From Acidobacteriota bacterium (lineage in GTDB: Bacteria > Acidobacteriota > Terriglobia > Terriglobales > Acidobacteriaceae): a stretch of 64,000 bases of DNA. Shown one piece after another: positions 50,392 through 59,186 of the stretch. The position numbers and the translations under genes were made by a program. Under the pieces are notes generated by a model, which saw nothing but the letters and a program-made list of their open reading frames with translations, was not told where the DNA came from and did not search any database. The stretch is from assembly GCA_046728215.1 (NCBI GenBank), contig JBKPEB010000024.1:13600-77599 (forward strand). The letters are read 5' to 3'. How positions within the stretch are numbered: the stretch's first letter is position 1; each line of letters opens with the position of its first letter.

Positions 50392-51600
50392 ATGAGCACG
50401 AACATGAGCACAGCCGTATTCACCAACCGCCTGGAACTGAGTTCCGTTGCCGACACCGCATTGAAGGCGTCCGCGCGCTTCTGGTTTGGCGTGACCGTGA
50501 TCGGGCAGTTGGCGTTCGCCTTTGCGATCGCGTCTTTCTTCGGTCTTACCGCGCTGCGCGGGGACTACCACGGTTGGAGCAAATTCATCACGCATGGCTA
50601 TGTCCCGGGCGACATCATGGGCAATCTTGCCGTGGCCCTTCATGTGGGCTCGGCTGCCATCGTCATGCTCGCGGGAGCGCTTCAGTTAGTTCCGGGTGTC
50701 CGCAGCCGCTTCCCGGCTGTCCATCGCTGGAACGGACGCATCTACATGCTCACTGCAGTCACGCTCAGCCTGGCTGGTCTTTACATGACCTGGATTCGGG
50801 GAAGCGTCGGTGGCCCAGTACAGCATGTGATTTCAACTGTGGGCGCCGTCCTTATCTGGCCCTGCGCCGCAATGGCGCTGCATTACGCGCTGGCTCGTGA
50901 TTTCAAAACTCACCGGCGATGGGCCCTTCGCCTGTTTCTGGTGGCCAGCGGATCCTGGTTCTTCCGGTTGATGTTCTTCTTATACATGCTCGTCTTTGGC
51001 CCGGTCGCACTCGATCCGACCACTTTGCAGGGCCCGCTGCTTACCTCCATAGCGGTCGCGCAATACCTGGTGCCTCTTGCCGCGCTTGAATTCTATTTGC
51101 GCGCCCAAGACCGTCGGAACGCCCTCGGACGTCTAGCCACTGCAGCCGGTCTCTTTGTCCTTACACTCGCCATGGCCGCGGGAATTTTTGCAGTTACCAC
51201 GGCGATCTGGATTCCTGACGTCAAAGCCGGCTTCGACTCGCGCCCATCGATTTCCGAAACTCTCTACACAAGCCTCACCTCCGGCGGCATCGACCAAGCC
51301 GTCCAGCGATACCACGACCTAAAAGCCGCCCAGACCGCCACCTACAACTTCGATGAAGATCAACTCAATTCAATGGGCTACCAGCTTCTGAACGCCAGGA
51401 AGTTCTCCGAAGCCATCCGCATCTTCCAGCTCAACGTCGAAGCCTACCCAAAATCCTCCAACGTCTACGACAGTCTGGGTGAGGGTTACATGAACGCCGG
51501 CAACAAGCCGCTGGCCATCGCTAACTACAAAAAATCTCTGGAGCTAAATCCGAAGAACCGCAACGCCGTCGGAATGCTTCAGAAACTCAACGCCCCCTGA
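50392..51600 (+). CDS. DUF2306 membrane domain fused to C-terminal TPR repeats
   Basis: The N-terminal 250 aa are polytopic with HRWNGRIY (DUF2306-like). The C-terminal 100 aa contain TPR repeats (AIRIFQLNVEAYPKSSNVYDSLGEGYMNAGNKPLAIANYKKSLELNP). Confidence 0.65.
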   Translation: MSTNMSTAVFTNRLELSSVADTALKASARFWFGVTVIGQLAFAFAIASFFGLTALRGDYHGWSKFITHGYVPGDIMGNLAVALHVGSAAIVMLAGALQLVPGVRSRFPAVHRWNGRIYMLTAVTLSLAGLYMTWIRGSVGGPVQHVISTVGAVLIWPCAAMALHYALARDFKTHRRWALRLFLVASGSWFFRLMFFLYMLVFGPVALDPTTLQGPLLTSIAVAQYLVPLAALEFYLRAQDRRNALGRLATAAGLFVLTLAMAAGIFAVTTAIWIPDVKAGFDSRPSISETLYTSLTSGGIDQAVQRYHDLKAAQTATYNFDEDQLNSMGYQLLNARKFSEAIRIFQLNVEAYPKSSNVYDSLGEGYMNAGNKPLAIANYKKSLELNPKNRNAVGMLQKLNAP

Positions 51601-51668
51601 AGCCGTATGTCGCCCAGACTCTGTGCGTGGATGCTTTCCCCACCCTAAGCGCGCCGTTTGCGCCAGAG

Positions 51669-53045
51669 TCACAGACCCAGTTGGGTCTTAATCGCTGACG
51701 AGATCTGGTTGGCGATCGTCATCATTCTTTCTTCCGACTCGGCTTCCACCATCACACGCGCGAGCGCTTCGGTGCCGGAGTAGCGGACCACCACGCGCCC
51801 GTTGCCGTCCAACTCCCGTTGCGCCCTCTCGATAGCGTTTTGTACCTCAGGCACCTGCGCGAACGGAACCTTCTCGCGCACCCGCACGTTCTGAATGGTT
51901 TGAGGAAACACCTTCAGATCCCCCACCAGTTCGGCAAGACTCTTTCCGCACCGCGCCATGATCTCCATGATGCGCAGCGCCGTCATCAAGCCATCTCCGG
52001 TAGTTGCGTCGCCGTCGCGGAACAGGATGTGTCCAGACTGCTCGCCGCCCAGTGTCGCACCGGTCTTCAGCATTTCTTCGAGCACGTATTTGTCACCGAC
52101 ATTGGCACGCAACATGCGAATGCCAGCTTTTCGCAATGCTACTTCCAGCCCCATATTCGACATGGTGGTCGCAACGAGGGTGTTCTCTCTCAGCGTGCCG
52201 CGCGCCTGCATTTCGCGGCCAGCAATCAGCAGTACGGCATCGCCGTTGACCACGTTGCCTTGGGCATCACAGAAAAGGACGCGGTCCGCGTCTCCATCGA
52301 ACGTGATGCCCAAGTCGAATTCACCAGGTCGCGCAGCCACCAACTTAGCGGCAGTTTCCGGATGGAGCGCACCGCATTGCGCGTTAATGTTTTTTCCATC
52401 TGGCGCACAATGGACAAACTCCGTCTTCACCCCGCAAGCACGAAACAAAGGGGGCGCTTCGGCGGTTGCCGCGCCGTTCGCGCAATCGACCAGCACCCGA
52501 AGCCGACTCAGATTGGCCGACACGCCTTGCTCCAGCCAATGCACGTACGCCTCACGCAAGGCAGGGTCGCCAGGCAAACTCACGGCCGGCCTTTCGTCAG
52601 GTCCTGCTTGCGGCAGCGGGTTCTGCAGGAGCGCAAATATCTCCTGCTCGATGGCGAGTTCGCGCGCGTCCGGCAGCTTGTAGCCATCGCCGGAAAATAC
52701 CTTGATCCCGTTATCCGTCCATGGATTATGCGAGGCTGAAATTACTATACCCGCCGCCATCGCACGCGACCGTGCGAGGTAAGCGACTCCCGGTGTCGTA
52801 ATCACACCCGCGCTTTCCACCTTGACACCTAATGAGTTGAGCCCCATGGTCACACGATCGGCGATCCATCCGCTCGAAGCGCGCGTGTCCTGGCCGATGA
52901 CCACAAGTTGGTTCGAGCCCGCGCGCTGCAGATCATGTCCGAGCGCGCGTCCAATCACGTATGTGCTCTCGTAAGTGAGCGGAAACTCGCCCGCCACGCC
53001 TCGGATTCCGTCGGTACCAAACAGTTGTCTTGTGGGTTGGGTCAT
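51669..53045 (-). CDS. glmM: Phosphoglucosamine mutase
   Basis: Shows LFGTDGIRGVAGE...SASHNPWTDNGIKVF. Confidence 0.9.
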   Translation of the reverse strand: MTQPTRQLFGTDGIRGVAGEFPLTYESTYVIGRALGHDLQRAGSNQLVVIGQDTRASSGWIADRVTMGLNSLGVKVESAGVITTPGVAYLARSRAMAAGIVISASHNPWTDNGIKVFSGDGYKLPDARELAIEQEIFALLQNPLPQAGPDERPAVSLPGDPALREAYVHWLEQGVSANLSRLRVLVDCANGAATAEAPPLFRACGVKTEFVHCAPDGKNINAQCGALHPETAAKLVAARPGEFDLGITFDGDADRVLFCDAQGNVVNGDAVLLIAGREMQARGTLRENTLVATTMSNMGLEVALRKAGIRMLRANVGDKYVLEEMLKTGATLGGEQSGHILFRDGDATTGDGLMTALRIMEIMARCGKSLAELVGDLKVFPQTIQNVRVREKVPFAQVPEVQNAIERAQRELDGNGRVVVRYSGTEALARVMVEAESEERMMTIANQISSAIKTQLGL

Positions 53046-53731
53046 TCGGATGGTTTGTTCCCCAGGGGTTGGGCCGGAATTTTTTCCATGACGATTGTGA
53101 CTCGTACCGGTGTGGGACGCACCACTTGCACTAAAGGATCCGGGACAAACGCATTCGTGGTAAATGTCTCGTGGCCCATCACCCCCGTGGCGTCTACGGG
53201 ATCGGTCGTCACTGACTCCACGGCTTGCACATGTTGTGTAGGCCCGCTGATTGAGACTGTGGCCGGATCTGCCAGCACTTGCGCGATGCGGTATCCCGCC
53301 GCAAATGTCCCAATCACACGCGGCCGCACATCGACCTGGCGCGTCAAGCTTACGTCGAAGCTCAATCTGACCTGCCCTGGAATAATCTGCGTCACTTCCA
53401 ATTCCCGTGGCAAGTGCACCTGTTGCCCTGTGAGATCGAATGTCCGTTCGCCGGACCGCACACCTGCCAGGTCGAGTTCTACGTGAACCTCCTGGGTGCG
53501 CAGCTCGTGAATCACGCGCTCCGGTCCCCGCACCCGGACTTGTGCCTCGGGAATGTTCACGGAGCTGATTTCCAGATTCGCGGGGATATGGTGAAACTCA
53601 ATGGGCACGTTAACTTCGACCTCCGCCACCGGATCGTGCGACACTGCCCACCACAAGCCGAACGCGAGGGCCAGGGATGTCACTTTGTATCCGAAATGCG
53701 CGAATATGTAGCGCTGCAGAAAGTCCATCAT
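53042..53731 (-). CDS. cdaR: CdaR/YbbR-domain protein (regulator of diadenylate cyclase)
   Basis: An N-terminal TM segment is followed by repeated YbbR-like beta domains. It sits between cdaA and glmM, overlapping the glmM start. The start was taken at MMDFLQRY. The ORF is open to 53887. Confidence 0.65.
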   Translation of the reverse strand: MMDFLQRYIFAHFGYKVTSLALAFGLWWAVSHDPVAEVEVNVPIEFHHIPANLEISSVNIPEAQVRVRGPERVIHELRTQEVHVELDLAGVRSGERTFDLTGQQVHLPRELEVTQIIPGQVRLSFDVSLTRQVDVRPRVIGTFAAGYRIAQVLADPATVSISGPTQHVQAVESVTTDPVDATGVMGHETFTTNAFVPDPLVQVVRPTPVRVTIVMEKIPAQPLGNKPSE

Positions 53732-53840
53732 CGTGATTGAGATGTGGCTCGGGCACTCGCGCCCGCGTGGATTTCGTCCGTGTCTGGGTAGCGCGCTAGC
53801 GAGAACGCCGACGCCCGATACTGGCCCCAAAGAGACTGGC

Positions 53841-54686
53841 TCACCGGTCCGCCCCCGGCGAAAAGCTCTGATCCGGATTGCGTGCACCGGATGGGCGGTC
53901 GCCTTCTTCTTCCCGCTCTTCTTCCTCGGTCACGATCGGAGTCGGTAACGTCGACGGAGGGACATATCGCCGAAGCAACGTGCTCAAGCGGTCGCGCAGC
54001 TGTTCCACAGTCAAATCTCGCTCGAAATTGCCCGCCACCGCGAGGCTGATCGCACCTGTCTCCTCCGACACAATCACGGCGATAGCATCCGTTTCCTCGG
54101 TGATCCCGATACCGGCGCGATGTCGCGTGCCCATCTGGGTCGAAAGCACCGGATTCATCGATAGGGGCAGAAAACAGGCTGCTGCTGCAATGCGATCGCG
54201 CTGCACGATCACAGCTCCATCATGCAAAGGCGCGCTCGGCCGAAAGATTGTCGCCAGCAAGTCGTAGGAAAGTCGGGCATCGAGCGGCACCCCGCTCTCG
54301 ATGTAGGTTCGCAACCCTATTTCGCGCTCGATGATGACCAAGGCACCCGTTTGATTCTGCGAGAACAGGTTAGCCGCCAGGACGATGTCGTCATAGGCGT
54401 CCGATTCCGAACTCGGCGCCCGGCTCAGGGTCAATCGGCTGCCTAGATTTGCCAAGGCATGTCGCAGTTCTGCCTGAAAAACCACGATTAACGCGAAAAC
54501 TACGTAGGGAAGGAGGGTACTGACCAGCCAGCTTAAAGTCGTTAGCCGACCCACGCGGGCAATATAGAAACCGAGAGCAACTGCCGCGACTCCAACGAGC
54601 ATGGGGGCTGCTCGCGTCCCGCGGACGAGCATAAGAAACTGATAAATGACGAACGCCACCAGCAAAATATCGATGACATTCGTCAT
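53841..54686 (-). CDS. cdaA: Diadenylate cyclase CdaA (DAC domain) with an acidic C-terminal tail
   Basis: Three N-terminal TM helices are followed by the DAC hallmark DGAVIV...GTRHRAGIGITEETDAIAVIVSEETGAISLA. Confidence 0.85.
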   Translation of the reverse strand: MTNVIDILLVAFVIYQFLMLVRGTRAAPMLVGVAAVALGFYIARVGRLTTLSWLVSTLLPYVVFALIVVFQAELRHALANLGSRLTLSRAPSSESDAYDDIVLAANLFSQNQTGALVIIEREIGLRTYIESGVPLDARLSYDLLATIFRPSAPLHDGAVIVQRDRIAAAACFLPLSMNPVLSTQMGTRHRAGIGITEETDAIAVIVSEETGAISLAVAGNFERDLTVEQLRDRLSTLLRRYVPPSTLPTPIVTEEEEREEEGDRPSGARNPDQSFSPGADR

Positions 54687-54937
54687 CGTCAAATGCGGCC
54701 ATCTGGTAAACACACTCGTCAAAAACAACCCCGCTCCGTTTCGCTCGACAGCAACATCTTGCAGAATCCTACATTTTAATGCACCTGCCATCTTTCATTT
54801 TTCAAGTGCGAGCGCCGGTGATTGCGATGACGGAAGAAGAAGCTGCTGTCTGGAAGAAAACGGCGGTTTGTTCGCGCAATACAAAGGGCGGCCTTGCGGC
54901 CGCCCCTTGATTCAATTGTCGTAACCTGTGAAAGTGG

Positions 54938-55138
54938 TTAGATCGCCTTCACGTTCTCGGCCTGCCAGCCTTTGGGGCCTTTGACCACATCGAACTGAAC
55001 TTGCTGACCTTCCTGGAGGCTGCGGAACCCACCGGCCTGGATGGCGGAGAAGTGCACAAACACGTCCTCGCCGTTCTGGCGGCTGATGAATCCATAACCC
55101 TTGGCGTCGTTAAACCACTTTACTGTTCCTGTTTCCAT
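54938..55138 (-). CDS. Cold-shock protein (CspA family)
   Basis: [18 protein letters not shown]...DVFVHFSAI, 66 aa. Confidence 0.9.
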   Translation of the reverse strand: METGTVKWFNDAKGYGFISRQNGEDVFVHFSAIQAGGFRSLQEGQQVQFDVVKGPKGWQAENVKAI

Positions 55139-55388
55139 GGTGTTGCTTTGTTTCCTTTTTCTCAGATGTTGCGCTGAATGTCGCAGGACTGGTGCAGGCA
55201 GGTCACGCCGGTAAGCGGAGAAACTGCAGAGTGCATAGAACCGCAATAGTCAAACGCACCTATATTGTACGTTATATCCTTCAGAAATAGCTAAAGCTTT
55301 GTTCTTCTGGGTGTAAATAGCCTGTTTACAATTACTTGGGGTCAACGGCTCTTTTAGGCCGATTCGCGTAGCAGACGCGGTTGAAATC

Positions 55389-55976
55389 CTACTCCTTCTT
55401 CATGGTGTCAATGAGTTGGAACAGTTGCGTGCGGTCAACTACCTCGACGAACGGTGTCCCCGTGTGTTTGTTGCTTACGACATACAAAGTCGGGGTGTGC
55501 TGCAGCCCGATCTGATTTCCGGCGGCGCGGTCTGCCTCAATCAGTTTAGCGAGTTTGCCGTCAGGATCCACGACGAAGGGCAGGTCGATTTTGTGCGAGG
55601 CGGCAAATTTCTCAGCAAATGGGCGAAGCGTTTCTTTGGTGATCTCCAGCTGATGTTTGAAGACCGTATCGCGAAATTCGTTGCCGACTGCCTTGGAGTG
55701 AGTATCGAAGTAGCGGGCCAGGATGGCAGCTTCGTACGCCCAGGGATGCATGGGAAGCGGGAAGTCATGGCGCACCACGGGGATCTTGTAGGTCCGCGAG
55801 GCCTCTTCGATAAGCGGGGCGGCGCGGGCGCAGTCCGGACACTCCAGGTCTTCAAAAATTACAAGGGCGACGGTCGCTCCTTTGGGCGGCCGTAGCGCGG
55901 GATGCACGTCCTGGGCAACCAGCAGCGGGACCAGGAAAATAACGGTAAACGCGAGCAGTCCAAGCTTTTTCATCAT
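55389..55976 (-). CDS. DsbA-like thioredoxin-fold protein (secreted)
   Basis: A signal peptide and the CPDC active-site motif (VIFEDLECPDCARA) are present. Confidence 0.75.
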   Translation of the reverse strand: MMKKLGLLAFTVIFLVPLLVAQDVHPALRPPKGATVALVIFEDLECPDCARAAPLIEEASRTYKIPVVRHDFPLPMHPWAYEAAILARYFDTHSKAVGNEFRDTVFKHQLEITKETLRPFAEKFAASHKIDLPFVVDPDGKLAKLIEADRAAGNQIGLQHTPTLYVVSNKHTGTPFVEVVDRTQLFQLIDTMKKE

Positions 55977-56148
55977 AAAGATAGTCGGATGCAGGGGATC
56001 CCGGATGCGGCTGCCCCGGGGCAATGTGCCTATCGTACAAGAAGGGTGTGACTCGTACCAGCGAAGGTTACTTACGAGTGGTGACGAACGGACACGTGTT
56101 CAAAACAAAGGGCGGCGCGAGGCCGCCCGGAGAAACGAGGAGTGTGGG

Positions 56149-56526
56149 TTAACGAGCCGTAACGGCGGACTGCTGAGCCATCATCGAAGAAATGGTCTCG
56201 AGGATAGATTCAATACTGCGACCTGTATCCGTTGCCGCGTCGACGTATGGATGGCGCCCGCCGTCAGCGTGCAGAACCAGAACGCGTGTCCCCTCGTGAG
56301 CTTTCTTTACCATGTAGGGCAGATGATGACGATCGTTGCGCGTAAGAGTTGGACCGAGGATCACGAGGTCAAACGAACTCTTTTTGAGCGCAGCCTCGAG
56401 TTCTTTGCGGCCGACCGCGGTGGTTACCTGGTGCCCGGCTTTCGTCATTGACTGCGCTTGGGTGGTCACTACCTCAGCGTCGCCTTCCCCGTAAAGAATC
56501 TTGAGAGTGAATCCAGTTTTCGCCAT
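56149..56526 (-). CDS. Receiver-like (pseudo-receiver) domain protein
   Basis: The fold is CheY-like (LKILYGEGDAEVV...FDLVILGPTL...VLVLHAD). Gly replaces the canonical phospho-acceptor Asp. Confidence 0.5.
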   Translation of the reverse strand: MAKTGFTLKILYGEGDAEVVTTQAQSMTKAGHQVTTAVGRKELEAALKKSSFDLVILGPTLTRNDRHHLPYMVKKAHEGTRVLVLHADGGRHPYVDAATDTGRSIESILETISSMMAQQSAVTAR

Positions 56527-56730
56527 GTGAAGAGTCCAACCCCTTCCTTTCTTCCCGACTTCAAGCTAACAACCGGGCCTGGAGGCGAGTAGGTCACCGA
56601 AGACCAAGACCAAACGAACCCCACACCGAAGTTTGCAACTGGAACCAGGAGCTCTCAATCGGCCGGTGGTTTGACCCTCCGCCCGCGGTCCGATAAACTC
56701 AAGAGTTTCAGCGGAATACGAGCTAACAGC

Positions 56731-58677
56731 ATGTCGGATAGCATTCACGTGAAGCTGCCGGATGGCAGCGAAAAAGAAGTCCCCAAGGGTACGACTCCCT
56801 TGGAGATTGCCAAAAACATCAGTCCTCGTCTGGCTGACGCTGCCTTGGTCGCGAAAACCAATGGCGACCTGATCGACCTGACTCGTCCGCTAGACAAGGA
56901 CACCGAATTGCGCCTGCTGACGGAGAGGGATCCGGAGGCGCTGCAGGTTTACCGGCACTCGTCCGCGCATCTGCTGGCGGCGGCGGTGCTGGAGCTGTTT
57001 CCGGAGACCAAGCTCGGGCACGGCCCCGCCACCGAGAACGGATTCTTTTACGACTTCTACCGCCCCACCGCGTTCACTCCCGAGGATCTCGAGAAAATCG
57101 AGAAGAAGATGCAGGAGCTGGCGCAGCAAAACATTCCATACGCGCGCGAGTTTCTGCCCCGGCAAGAGGGGCTCGAAAAGTTCAAGGGCGAAGGCGACTT
57201 CATGAAGTGCCACTTCATCGAGCAGTTCACCCAGCCCGATGAAAAAATCTCGATTTACAAGACGGGCAAGTTCCTGGACTTCTGCCGCGGTCCGCACATC
57301 CCGTCCACGGGAAAGATCAAGGCTTTCAAGCTGCTGAATATTGCCGGAGCCTACTGGCTAGGAGATGAGAAGAATCCGCAACTGCAGCGGATATACGGAA
57401 CGTCATTCTTCTCCAAGAAGGAGCTTGATGCGTACCTGAACAGCATCGAGGAAGCCAAGAAGCGCGATCACCGCGTGCTCGGGCAGCAGCTCGATCTGTT
57501 TTCCATTCAGGAACTCGCCGGGCCGGGCCTGATCTTCTGGCACCCGAAGGGCGGCATTATCCGCAAGGAGATGGAAGACTGGATGCGTAACGAGTACATC
57601 AAGCGCGGATATTCACTGGTGTACACGCCCCACGTTGCCCGCCGTCAGCTGTGGCAGACTTCGGGCCACGAGGGCTATTACGCACAGAACATGTTCGACA
57701 CCATGGAGCTGGATGATGCGGAATACCGCATGAAGCCCATGAACTGCCCTTTCCATATTCTGATTTATCGCGACTCCCTGAAGTCGTATCGCGATCTGCC
57801 CGTGCGGCTGGGCGAGTTGGGCACTGTCTATCGCTACGAACGTTCGGGGGTGATGCACGGCTTGCTGCGTGTGCGCGGGTTCACGCAAGATGATGCGCAT
57901 ATTTTCTGCACGCAAGAGCAGATTGAAAGCGAAATCGAGGGCTGCGTTGAGTTCGCGAAGGATGTATTGAAAGACTTCGGGTTCGACCAGTTCCAGACCG
58001 AGCTATCCACCTGGAATCCCGACGACCGCAAGAGCTTCGTGGGCAGCGAAGAGCAGTGGAACATGGCGACGCGTTCGCTGGAAAAAGTTCTGCAGAAACT
58101 AAACATCGAATACAGGACGATCCCCGGCGAAGCGGCGTTTTACGGACCGAAGATCGACATCAAGCTGGTGGATGCGATCGGGCGCTTGTGGCAGCTTTCA
58201 ACGGTGCAGTTCGACTTCAATTTGCCGCAGCGCTTCGGACTCGAGTACGTCGCCGAAGACGGATCACGCAAGCAGCCGCTGATGGTGCATCGTGCTTTGT
58301 ACGGATCAGTGGAGCGGTTCTTCGGCGTATTGATTGAACATTACGCGGGCGCGTTTCCCGTGTGGCTTTCGCCGGTGCAGGCGGTCATGATCCCGATCTC
58401 CGAACGCCATGCGGACTACGCGAACAAAGTTGCTGCTCAACTCAAGGCCGTGGGCGTGCGGGTGGAGGTCGATGCTCGCAACGAAAAAATGAACGCCAAG
58501 ATTCGCGAGCATGCTTTGCAGAAAGTTCCGTTCTTGCCGGTAGTGGGTGACAAAGAAGCCCAGGCGGGTCGGGTCAATGTCCGCACGCGCGGGAAAGAGA
58601 AGACTGAAGACATGTCCGCGGTCGAGTTCGTGGAGAAGATTCGGAAGCTGATCGCGGAGAAGAGCCCGCGATTGTGA
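56731..58677 (+). CDS. thrS: Threonine--tRNA ligase
   Basis: The TGS domain (IHVKLPDGSE) and the class II core and anticodon-binding domain are present. It is 648 aa. Confidence 0.9.
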   Translation: MSDSIHVKLPDGSEKEVPKGTTPLEIAKNISPRLADAALVAKTNGDLIDLTRPLDKDTELRLLTERDPEALQVYRHSSAHLLAAAVLELFPETKLGHGPATENGFFYDFYRPTAFTPEDLEKIEKKMQELAQQNIPYAREFLPRQEGLEKFKGEGDFMKCHFIEQFTQPDEKISIYKTGKFLDFCRGPHIPSTGKIKAFKLLNIAGAYWLGDEKNPQLQRIYGTSFFSKKELDAYLNSIEEAKKRDHRVLGQQLDLFSIQELAGPGLIFWHPKGGIIRKEMEDWMRNEYIKRGYSLVYTPHVARRQLWQTSGHEGYYAQNMFDTMELDDAEYRMKPMNCPFHILIYRDSLKSYRDLPVRLGELGTVYRYERSGVMHGLLRVRGFTQDDAHIFCTQEQIESEIEGCVEFAKDVLKDFGFDQFQTELSTWNPDDRKSFVGSEEQWNMATRSLEKVLQKLNIEYRTIPGEAAFYGPKIDIKLVDAIGRLWQLSTVQFDFNLPQRFGLEYVAEDGSRKQPLMVHRALYGSVERFFGVLIEHYAGAFPVWLSPVQAVMIPISERHADYANKVAAQLKAVGVRVEVDARNEKMNAKIREHALQKVPFLPVVGDKEAQAGRVNVRTRGKEKTEDMSAVEFVEKIRKLIAEKSPRL

Positions 58678-59078
58678 CTGAAGTTCGGCTAGATCGCGTC
58701 TTCACGTTTGGGGATCAGCTTAGCTTTCTGATTCCGCACGACTGGGTAGAAGCCGACGAAGAAGCGGATCACTACCTCTACCATGCGCCGAAACGTCGAT
58801 TCAGGCTGGCTTCGAGTGAGTCTCATCACGCTTAGAGATTCGCGCACATCCTCAAGAGAAAGACTGCAAGGAGTACTCCAAGAGAGGGCCAAAAAAAGCA
58901 TGGGGAACTCTACGAATCCGGTGAAAACATCGTGGTAGCTTGGGAGGAGATATCCCAGGAGAATGGAGTGCCGATTTGCAACTATTGGTGGGCTGTAGCC
59001 CACAGTCAAGGAACGAGTCTGGGTTATGGAGGCCCTCTTCTCCTCCACGGTGCTTCGCCGGTCGATAGACGACTCTAA
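58674..59078 (+). pseudogene. Interrupted ORF of unknown function (in-frame TAG at 58833-58835)
   Basis: A GTG at 58674 overlaps the thrS stop. The frame reads VTEVRLDRVFTFGDQLSFLIPHDWVEADEEADHYLYHAPKRRFRLASSESHHA, then a stop, then RFAHILKRK...HGELYESGENIVVAWEEISQENGVPICNYWWAVAHSQG...*. It is protein-like on both sides of the stop. A competing antisense ORF runs 58689..59048. Local GC is lower. Confidence 0.35.
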
Positions 59079-59186
59079 GACCAGGGGGACCGTTGCGCTG
59101 CTATCGAAGTTGGTGGCAGACGCAAAGTTCGCCGAGCCAAAGCTTGTCTAGACAGCGGGTCGTTCTGCCCGATGTAACATGTTTGC

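Noticed and set aside
50244-50900. A 218-aa ORF overlapping the start of the DUF2306-TPR gene in another frame
   Set aside because: Its translation is low-complexity His/Arg/Cys-rich (HEHEHSRIH...). The alternative frame encodes clear TM helices and TPR repeats.
56527-56730. A possible T-box leader upstream of thrS
   Set aside because: GGTGG and CCGCGG are present but not in the contiguous AGGGTGGNACCGCG arrangement. No specifier or antiterminator architecture is discernible.
58689-59048. An intact 119-codon minus-strand ORF
   Set aside because: Its sequence is less protein-like than the plus-strand frame. That frame carries a single in-frame TAG and overlaps the thrS stop with a GTG. The minus-strand ORF is kept as an alternative in the pseudogene feature.
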